A stretch of 14,659 bases of DNA from Deferrisomatales bacterium (GTDB lineage: Bacteria; Desulfobacterota; Deferrisomatia; Deferrisomatales; JACRMM01), in NCBI GenBank assembly GCA_033551855.1, contig JAWSUI010000080.1, positions 1-14,659 of the forward strand, read 5' to 3'. A model generated the notes under the pieces. The model saw only the letters and a list, made by a program, of their open reading frames with translations, did no database searches and was not told the origin of the DNA. Each line of letters begins with the position of its first letter. Within the stretch, counting starts at the first letter, position 1. Below, one piece after another: positions 7,859 through 14,573 of the stretch. Position numbers and translations under genes: made by a program.

Positions 7859-9244
7859 ATGCGAGCCTGGATCCTCGCCGCTGCCGCTCTGCTGCTGTGG
7901 CCGGCGTCCTCCCGGGGCGACCAGCCCGGGGAGCTTCACCTCGTCTACACCTCGGACGTGCGCGGCACGGTGGGGATCTGCGGCTGAGCGCAGAACCCGC
8001 TTGGCGGTCTGGCCAAGAAGGCGCACTTCGTCGGGAAGCTCCGGGAAGAGGGGGTGGACCCGGTGGTAGTGGACGGCGGCAATCTGTTCTTCTACCGGCG
8101 TCAACTTCGCGAGATCGAGACCGAGCAGCTGCTCTTCAAGGCTCGGGTGATCGTGGAGTCGTACAACGAGATCGGCGTCGCCGCGGTGGCGTTGGGCCCC
8201 TACGACTTCGCCGCCGGCTTCGACGCTCTGCGGGCCCTCGAGCGGGTCGCCGACTTCCCGTTCCTGTGTGCGAACCTTTTGGACCGGGCGACCGGAGAGC
8301 CGCTGTTCCCGCCATATGTGATTGTGACGGCAGGGGGCAGGAAGATCGGCCTGCTGGGGGTGCTGGACACCTCGTCCCCCATCGACGGCCTCGAGCCCCT
8401 GCGGCAGAGGGTGCGCCTGGACGCGCCCTTCGCCACGGTCAAGCGCTACGCCGAAGCGCTCCGGGCCGAGGGGTGCGAACTCGTCGTGGTCCTGTCGGCA
8501 TCCGAGCCCAAGCGGTTTCGGGTCATGGCCAACAACATCCCCGAGGTGGACGTCTACGTGGCCGGGGACCCGGAGGACAGGCTGAAGATCCCGTGGCGGA
8601 TCGGGAACGCCCTGGTGGCCAACGCCACCCAGCTCGGCAAGTACCTGGGGCACCTGCGCGTCTCCTGGGGCCGGGACGGCCGGCCCGGGTTCCGAAACAA
8701 CTTCGTCCCCATGCAGCCCGACGACCCGGATGCCCCGGTGGTCCGGCGCCTGGTCGACGGGTACTACGCGCACACGGCGATGGTGCGGCTGCAGGAACCG
8801 GAGCGGTACCTCCGGGAGGAGGAGGAGAGGGTGAACCTGGAGCAGGGACGCCCGATCTTCGTCGGGGCTCCGGCCTGCGGCGAGTGCCACCCCGCCCAGG
8901 CGGCCCAGTGGTCCGGAACCGGCCACGCCCGAGCGTACCAGAGCCTCTCCCCGGAGGACCGGAGGCGGGCGGAGTGCCTGGAGTGCCACGTGACCGGCTT
9001 CGGCGCCCCGGGAGGGTTCGGGTCGGGTCCCGACCTCCAGGGTGTCCAGTGCGAGGCGTGCCACGGGCCGGGGAGCCTGCATCCCGCGCTCCGGATCGGC
9101 CGGGTACGCCGGGCCGTGGAGGCAGCGTGCCGAGGGTGCCACACCTCCACCCGGAGCCCCGGTTTCAACCTGCCCGCGGCCTGGGAGCAGGTGAGCCACG
9201 ACACCCCTCGGGAGCGAAGGCAGGAGGCCGGTCGGCCGCAGTAG
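7859..9244 (+). CDS. Predicted exported selenoprotein: UshA/5'-nucleotidase-like domain (C41-G-U43) fused to a tetraheme c554-like cytochrome, 461 aa
   Basis: AAGGAG RBS, ATG 7859, signal peptide MRAWILAAAALLLWPASSRG. YTSDVRGTVGICG-TGA(7985-7987)-AQNPLGGLAKKA continues in frame into the 8054..9244 ORF. SECIS-like hairpin 12 nt after the TGA. Four CxxCH motifs: CGECH 8876, CLECH 8975, CEACH 9050, CRGCH 9128. Confidence 0.88.
7985..8024 (+). promoter_or_regulatory. Bacterial SECIS element (UGA recoding signal)
   Basis: After the TGA: a 12-nt spacer, then a perfect 6-bp stem CTTGGC (8000-8005)/GCCAAG (8012-8017) closing a GGTCTG loop. Possible lower stem GCGC (7988-7991)/GCGC (8021-8024). Position and the GGUCU apical sequence resemble the E. 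coli fdhF SECIS. Confidence 0.8.
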
Positions 9245-9289
9245 CGGCTCCCGGCGCCAGTCCGGTGCGTGGGCGCTTCCCGGCGGGGT

Positions 9290-10030
9290 CTAGCCGGGCA
9301 GGGGGGAGCCCTGCACCGCGCCGGAGAGGAGCCCGCGGGCCAGGCGCACCCCCAGGGGCGGCCGGGCCGGGTCCGCATAGTGGAGCCGGCCTGTGTACTT
9401 CTGCAGGATCGGGGCGGGCGTGCGGGGGGTCCCCCACTCCTTGACCGCGTACAGGCGGGCCTCCAGGCGGTCCGCCGGGCCGTCCCCCGGGAAGGGGGCG
9501 ACGAGCTGGGCGTAGGAGGCGTGTGCCCGGGCCAGGTCCGCCAGGCGGTCCAGGAGGTGCGGCAGGGCCGTCTCCGGCGGCAGCTCTTCCCCCAGCCACA
9601 CGGCCTCCGGGTCGGCCAGGGGCACGAGACCCTCCTCCCCGCCCCGCCGCGCCGCGGCCATCCAGGCCTCTGCGTAGTGGGTCTTCCGCACGGCCAGCGC
9701 CCCCGACCGTCCCCCGTGCCACACCCAGAAGACCACGTGGTTCCAGAGCTTCGACGCCAGCACCGGGAACGGAAGCGCCTCGGGGTTCTCGGGCCCCGGA
9801 ACCAGGACCACGGCGGTTTCCGGTCCGAAGAACCGGTGAGCCTCCCCCGAGAGCTCCCCCCGAAGGCGTTCGAGCTCCCGCAGGGCCCAGCCGCCGGTCG
9901 GCGACCGGACCCGGAGCTCGTGCCCCGACCGCTCCAGGCCGGTGATCCCGTCGAGCCGCCGGGCCAGGGCCGGCGTGCGACCCCGCAGGTGCAGCAGGAA
10001 GTCGTGGGGGGTCGGCGCCCGGGCGCTCAC
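9290..10030 (-). CDS. Hypothetical protein (246 aa); N-terminus resembles the DnaX tau C-terminal / DnaA-N-like domain
   Basis: GTG at 10030 overlaps the AI-2E stop (GTGA). From there the frame reads as a normal protein (SARAPTPHDFLLHLRGRTPALARRL...), whereas the upstream part of the 10996 ORF is Pro/Arg/Gly shadow sequence. Confidence 0.75.
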   Translation of the reverse strand: MSARAPTPHDFLLHLRGRTPALARRLDGITGLERSGHELRVRSPTGGWALRELERLRGELSGEAHRFFGPETAVVLVPGPENPEALPFPVLASKLWNHVVFWVWHGGRSGALAVRKTHYAEAWMAAARRGGEEGLVPLADPEAVWLGEELPPETALPHLLDRLADLARAHASYAQLVAPFPGDGPADRLEARLYAVKEWGTPRTPAPILQKYTGRLHYADPARPPLGVRLARGLLSGAVQGSPLPG

Positions 10031-11124
10031 GGGGCACCCCGGTAGAACCGGGTGGTGCGGTAGGCCGCGTAGGCGTCGGCCAGCCCCACCCGGAGCACGG
10101 CGGCCGCCGGCACCGCGAGCAGGATCCCCACGAACCCGAAGAGCTCGCCGCCGGCCACCACGGCCACCATCACCGCCAGGGGGTGGAGGCCCACCCGGCT
10201 CCCCACCAGGCGCGGCGTCAGGAGGAAGCTCTCCAGGAGCTGGCCGGCCGCGAAGACTCCCCACACCGCGAGCAGGTGGGCGAGGTCCTGGAACTTGAGG
10301 AGCGCCAGCAGGCTCCCCAGGGCCACCCCCACAGCGGTGCCGAGGTAGGGGACCACGAGGAGCGCGCCGGAGAGCAGGCCCACCGCCCAGGGCATGTCGA
10401 TCCCGGTCAGGGAGAGGCCCAGGGAATACACGAGGCCCAGGACGGCGCACACGGTGAGCTGACCGCGCACGAAGGCCCCGAGCACGGCGTCCGAACGCTC
10501 CAGGATGCGGCGGGCGGCGGGTCGCGCCCCGGCCGGCAGGGCCCCGACCACCCGTGCCCCCAGGCCCTTGATCTCCACCAGAAGGTAGAAGGCAAAGACC
10601 GGGACGAGGGCCAGGCCCAGGATCGCCGCGGCCAGGCTCCAGGCGCTCGCGAAGGCGCGGCCCACGACGGCCGCGGCTCGCGGGGCGAGCCCCGGCAGGT
10701 GCTCCTGGAGCGCTCCCGCGCCCTCCCGCAGGAGCTCTCCGGTGCCGGCGGGCAGAGGGCGCCCCAGGAGGGCTTCGACCCGGGGCAGCCACACCTCTTG
10801 GGCCTGGGCGGCGTAGGCGGGGAGGGCCGAGGCGGCCTGGCGGAGCTCCCGGGCCACCGTGGGGACTACCAGGAAGGCGAGGGCGGCGAGGACCGCGAGC
10901 ACGGCGGCGAAGAGCAGGGCGATGCCTGCGGGGCGGGGGATGCGGCGGGCTTCCAGGCGGTCGATCACCGGGTCCAGGGCGTAGGCCAGGAACCATGCCA
11001 GGAGCAGGGGCACGAAGACCGTGTGGAGGCGCGCCACGAGCCAGAGGGCCCCGGCCAGCCCCAGGGCGAGGGCCCCCCAGAGGACGGCGTCGTCGCGGAT
11101 CTTCCCATCGCCGGTCGAGCCCAT
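10027..11124 (-). CDS. AI-2E (PerM/YhhT, UPF0118) family transporter
   Basis: Multiple hydrophobic helices. PLLLAWFLAYALDPVIDRLE, FVRGQL, VPYLG, QLLESFLLTPRLVGSRVGLHPL, FGFVGILLAVP. Confidence 0.95.
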   Translation of the reverse strand: MGSTGDGKIRDDAVLWGALALGLAGALWLVARLHTVFVPLLLAWFLAYALDPVIDRLEARRIPRPAGIALLFAAVLAVLAALAFLVVPTVARELRQAASALPAYAAQAQEVWLPRVEALLGRPLPAGTGELLREGAGALQEHLPGLAPRAAAVVGRAFASAWSLAAAILGLALVPVFAFYLLVEIKGLGARVVGALPAGARPAARRILERSDAVLGAFVRGQLTVCAVLGLVYSLGLSLTGIDMPWAVGLLSGALLVVPYLGTAVGVALGSLLALLKFQDLAHLLAVWGVFAAGQLLESFLLTPRLVGSRVGLHPLAVMVAVVAGGELFGFVGILLAVPAAAVLRVGLADAYAAYRTTRFYRGAP

Positions 11125-11128
11125 GGCG

Positions 11129-11800
11129 TCACCTCCTCCGCAGCTCGTGGATCCACACCCCGTGGGTGCGCCCGTGGGCCTCCACCTCTTCCAGGTGGAG
11201 CTCCCGGAGGAACCCGCGCCCTTCCAGGCCCTCGACGGTGCCCTCCGCGATCCTTCGTCCGGGCTCGGCCACCAGAGCCGTGCCGCCGGGGCGCACCACC
11301 CGGCCGAGGGTGGCGAGGAACGCCCCCAGGAACCGGCGCTCGTAGAGCACGTCCGAGGCCAGGACCAGGGGGGCCGCGAGGCCCGCCGGGGGGATCCGCC
11401 AGTCGAGGAGCCGGGTTCGCCCCACGGCCCCCAGGTTCAGGGCGTGGTTGGCCCGGGCGAAGCACAGGGCGTCTGGCTCGAAATCGGTGAAGAGCACCCG
11501 GCCCCCGCCCAGGGCCGCGGCCACCCCGGCGAGGCCGAGTCCGCAGCCGAGCTCCAGGACCTCGGTGTCCGGGGCCAGCCCCCGGCGGAGCACGAAGCGG
11601 GCCAGGGCCAGGGCCGAGGGCCAGAGCTCCGCCCAGTACGGGAAGCGCTCGTCCTCCCCGAAGTCCTCGGGGCCCACGGCGTCGGCCAGGGCGTTGGGGT
11701 CGGCCACCTGGAAGAGCCCGATCTCCCGGCCGGCCAGGGCGACGCTCCGGTGCACCACCCGGTAGCCGGACGGCAGGAGCTCCTGGGCGGGGTGCGGCAT
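11129..11800 (-). CDS. Class I SAM-dependent methyltransferase (Methyltransf_16-like, putative protein methyltransferase)
   Basis: PYWAELWPSALALA, motif I VLELGCGLG, LDWR, ASDVLYE. Confidence 0.9.
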   Translation of the reverse strand: MPHPAQELLPSGYRVVHRSVALAGREIGLFQVADPNALADAVGPEDFGEDERFPYWAELWPSALALARFVLRRGLAPDTEVLELGCGLGLAGVAAALGGGRVLFTDFEPDALCFARANHALNLGAVGRTRLLDWRIPPAGLAAPLVLASDVLYERRFLGAFLATLGRVVRPGGTALVAEPGRRIAEGTVEGLEGRGFLRELHLEEVEAHGRTHGVWIHELRRR

Positions 11801-11836
11801 GGACCGGTTTCTCCTCGCGCAGCGCAGGGGTCGTTG

Positions 11837-11866
11837 AGTATAAAGGCCCCGGGTGCCCCGGTGCCA
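11837..11866 (-). promoter_or_regulatory. Candidate promoter for the methyltransferase-AI-2E operon
   Basis: Minus-strand TATACT (11842-11837) is 37 nt upstream of ATG 11800. The -35 is weak (TGGCAC at an 18-nt spacing). Confidence 0.4.
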
Positions 11867-11884
11867 GGCCCGGACGGGAACGCG

Positions 11885-11940
11885 TCCCCGTCACCGATCA
11901 CTGCCCACTGCTTACTGCCCACTGCCCACCACTCACTGGT
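11885..11940. repeat. Degenerate heptamer tandem repeat (CACTGCC consensus), about 8 units
   Basis: TCCCCGT-CACCGAT-CACTGCC-CACTGCT-TACTGCC-CACTGCC-CACCACT-CACTGGT in exact 7-nt phase. Confidence 0.85.
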
Positions 11941-11959
11941 TTCCCATCGCGAGACGTCA

Positions 11960-12727
11960 ATGATCGTCTGGGCCCTCTCCGACCTGCATCTCTCCTTCTC
12001 CGGCGCCAAGCCCATGGACGTCTTCGGCGAGCATTGGCGGGACCACGCGGCCCGGGTGGAGCGGGCGTGGAGGCAGGACGTGGGGGAAGGGGACGTCGTG
12101 TGCCTCCCCGGCGACCTCTCCTGGGCCCTTCGCCTGCCCGATGCCGCCGGTGAGCTCGCCTGGCTGGGCGCGCTGCCGGGACGAAAGGTCCTCGTCAAGG
12201 GCAACCACGACTACTGGTGGGCGTCCCTCGGCAAGGTGCGAAAAGCCCTGCCCCCCGGCGTGTTCGCCCTCCAGAACGACGCACTGCTCCTGGACGGGGT
12301 GGGGCTGGCGGGGGCCCGGGGGTGGGTGGACCCGACCCTCGACTTCCGGGGGCTCCTGCCCCACGTCCCGCAACCCGTGGGGGGGGAGGAGCCCCTCACG
12401 CAGCACGGCCTGCGGGGGGCGGAGGACGACGGGCGCATCTACCGACGGGAGCTCGACCGGCTCGAGGCGAGCCTGCGGGCCCTGGATCCGGGGGCCCGCC
12501 TGCGGGTGGCGCTGCTCCACTTCCCCCCCACCTCCCCGGCCCTGGAAGAGACCCCCGTGACCCGCCTCCTGGAGCGGTGCCGGGTGGACGCGGCGGTCTT
12601 CGGCCACCTGCACGGGGCGGGGGCCGAGACCTTCGAGAATCCTTACGGGCACCGAAACGGCGTCACCTACTACCTGGTGAGCGCAGACTTCGCCGGCTTT
12701 CGCCCCGTGCAGGTGGCGACCCTGTGA
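11960..12727 (+). CDS. Calcineurin-like metallophosphoesterase (COG1768/DR1119-like)
   Basis: ATG 11960. All five motifs intact: SDLHLS, PGDLSWA, KGNHDYWW, LHFPP, FGHLH. N-terminal KPMDVFGEHW is typical of the family. Confidence 0.92.
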   Translation: MIVWALSDLHLSFSGAKPMDVFGEHWRDHAARVERAWRQDVGEGDVVCLPGDLSWALRLPDAAGELAWLGALPGRKVLVKGNHDYWWASLGKVRKALPPGVFALQNDALLLDGVGLAGARGWVDPTLDFRGLLPHVPQPVGGEEPLTQHGLRGAEDDGRIYRRELDRLEASLRALDPGARLRVALLHFPPTSPALEETPVTRLLERCRVDAAVFGHLHGAGAETFENPYGHRNGVTYYLVSADFAGFRPVQVATL

Positions 12728-12731
12728 GGCG

Positions 12732-13670
12732 GTGAGCCCGATGTCCCGGCTCGAGGCCCTGTTCGCCCGCTACGGGGAAATCGTCCCGGACTTCCCGGCC
12801 TTCCTGGAGGCCCAGGGCCGGCCCGCTCCGCCCCACGGCCGGGTGAACACCCTCAAGGCGGCGCCGGGGTGTGTGACCCGGGCGCTCGCCGCGGACGGCT
12901 GGGAGGCGGAGGCCGAGCCCTGGTGCCCGGTCCTCCTGCGCCTGCGCCCGGCAGGAAGGGGGAGCCGTGGGGGCCCCGCGTTGGGGACGACGCTCTCCCA
13001 CGCCCTGGGCCACCTCTACCTCCAGAGCGCGTCCTCCGCACTCGCGGCGCTGGCCCTGGGGGCGCTGCCGGGGGAGCGGGTCCTGGATCTGTGCGCCGCT
13101 CCCGGGTCCAAGACCACCTTCCTGGCCCAGGTCATGGAGGACCGGGGGTGCGTGGTGGCCAACGAGCCGAGCGCCCAGCGGGCCAAGTCCCTGCTGGCCA
13201 ACCTGGAGCGGCTCGGCGTCACGTCGGCCGTCGTGACCGCCTACTCGGGACAGAATTTTCCCCAACGCCACCGCTTTCACCGTGTCCTCGTGGACGCCCC
13301 GTGCACGGGGGAGGGCACGTGGCGCGGGGGGGAGACCCGGCCCCGGCGCGTCAAGGCGGGGTTCCGCGAGTACCTGGCGCGGCAGCAGGGGGCGCTGCTC
13401 CGCCGGGGGTACGACGTCCTCGAGCCCGGCGGCACGCTCGTCTACTCCACCTGCACCTACGCCCCGGAGGAGAACGAGGGGGTGGTCGGCCCCTTCCTCG
13501 AGGAGACCGGGGCCCGGGTGGAGCCCTTCCCCGTGGATGTTCCCGGGGAGCCGGGCCTCGCCGCCTGGGAGGGCCGGCGCTTCCCCCCGGAGCTGGCGCT
13601 GGCCCGGCGCCTCTACCCCCACCGCTTCGACTCGGAGGGATTCTTTGTCGTCCGACTGGCTAAGCCCTGA
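12732..13670 (+). CDS. RsmB/NOP (RsmF-like) RNA m5C methyltransferase, catalytic domain only
   Basis: RVNTLK, YLQSASS, DLCAAPGSKT, motif IV DAPCTGEG and motif VI YSTCT (both Cys present), EENEGVV, RLYPHRFDSEGFFV. Confidence 0.93.
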   Translation: MSPMSRLEALFARYGEIVPDFPAFLEAQGRPAPPHGRVNTLKAAPGCVTRALAADGWEAEAEPWCPVLLRLRPAGRGSRGGPALGTTLSHALGHLYLQSASSALAALALGALPGERVLDLCAAPGSKTTFLAQVMEDRGCVVANEPSAQRAKSLLANLERLGVTSAVVTAYSGQNFPQRHRFHRVLVDAPCTGEGTWRGGETRPRRVKAGFREYLARQQGALLRRGYDVLEPGGTLVYSTCTYAPEENEGVVGPFLEETGARVEPFPVDVPGEPGLAAWEGRRFPPELALARRLYPHRFDSEGFFVVRLAKP

Positions 13671-14103
13671 AGAGGAGCGCCGCGCCCTGGCGGTCCTGGA
13701 GGGGACCTTCGGCATCCCGCCCGCGGCGTTCGCGGGCCACCGCCTCCTGCGGCGGGGGGAGCACGTCTTTGCGGTGCACCGCGAGGCTGCCGGCGCCTGC
13801 GACGCCTACCGGTGGGTGGGAGCGGGGCTGCGGCTCCTCAAGACCACGGGCGGCGGCTCCTACAAGCCGGCCACCCGGGGGCTGCAGCTCTTCGGCCGTC
13901 TCGCCACCCGTAGGGTGTGCGATCTCGAACGCCCGGCCCTCAGGGCGCTCCTCTCCGGCCAGAGCCTGCCCTGGGAAGGGGAGGACGGCCCGCTCCTCCT
14001 GCGCTGGCAAGGAAGCCCCCTGGGCCTCGGTCTCGCCCGCGCCGGCCACCTCGTCTCCCAGCTCCCCCGATCCGTCACCGAGCACCTGCGGGTGGGGGAG
14101 TGA
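13645..14103 (+). CDS. Stand-alone pre-PUA/PUA-like protein resembling the RsmF C-terminal / NIP7-like module (152 aa)
   Basis: GGAGGG at 13634-13639 precedes TTG 13645, overlapping the methyltransferase end. TFGIPPAAF...GAGLRLLK...YKPATRGLQLFGRLATRRVCDL...LLSGQ...PLGLG...LVSQLPR. Confidence 0.75.
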   Translation: MSSDWLSPEEERRALAVLEGTFGIPPAAFAGHRLLRRGEHVFAVHREAAGACDAYRWVGAGLRLLKTTGGGSYKPATRGLQLFGRLATRRVCDLERPALRALLSGQSLPWEGEDGPLLLRWQGSPLGLGLARAGHLVSQLPRSVTEHLRVGE

Positions 14104-14235
14104 GGAGGCCCACCGCTCCGAAGAACGGCAGCGGGCCCGTCCCATTCACCCCTTTGGGTGAGGTGGCCCACACGCCGATCCGATAAGGTACATCGGAGTC
14201 CGAGCGGCGGCCGATCGAGAAGGACTTCGAACGAC

Positions 14236-14267
14236 TGACACGATCTGTCATTCATCGATGCTACGAT
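14236..14267 (+). promoter_or_regulatory. Palindromic operator TGACA-N5-TGTCA plus extended -10 upstream of the cas3 fragment
   Basis: TGACA 14236-14240, CGATC, TGTCA 14246-14250; then TG-C-TACGAT (14259-14267). Confidence 0.6.
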
Positions 14268-14303
14268 GGCGCCATGCCGCTCCTTCGCCAGAGGACGGAC
14301 GCC

Positions 14304-14573
14304 ATGTCTCCCAACGGGAAGCCCCAGACTCTTCCCCCGCCGGCCCTGGCCCACGTCGCCGAGGACGGCCGGGTTCACCCGCTGGCCGACCACTTGGTGG
14401 GGACGGCCGAGCGGGCGGCCCAATTCGCGGGGGCGTTCGGGTGTTCGGGATGGGGGTACCTCGCGGGGCTCTGGCACGACTTGGGGAAGTACTCGGCGGC
14501 GTTTCAGGGTGAGGTCTGGCCGGGGGTTGAATCCTTCATCACCGCCGGTGGGAGCCGAGCAAGCCAACGTTGA
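14304..14573 (+). pseudogene. cas3: Truncated CRISPR-associated Cas3 HD nuclease (N-terminal fragment)
   Basis: GAGGA RBS at 14291, ATG 14304. LAH...HPLADHLVGTAERAAQFAGAFG...GYLAGLWHDLGKYSAAFQ is the Cas3 HD N-terminus. Similarity ends at Q68 (14507); 21 unrelated codons follow before a stop. Confidence 0.85.

Noticed and set aside
7790..7987. 65-aa ORF as an independent peptide, or the TGA as a nonsense mutation (pseudogene)
   Set aside because: The frame continues seamlessly into the 8054 ORF, the TGA sits in a CxU motif with a correctly placed SECIS-like hairpin, and there are no other lesions. Recoding is the simpler explanation.
11850..11866. Minus-strand TGGCAC as a sigma54 -24 box
   Set aside because: No TTGC -12 element at the required spacing.
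11021..11959. Long N-terminal extension of the metallophosphoesterase ORF
   Set aside because: It is antisense to the methyltransferase and runs through the heptamer repeat. Family similarity begins at ATG 11960.
12725..12727. Other TGA codons (ends of dprA, smg, topA, phosphoesterase, m5C methyltransferase) as selenocysteine
   Set aside because: They fall at natural family C-termini, next to following genes, and are not in Cys-type redox motifs.
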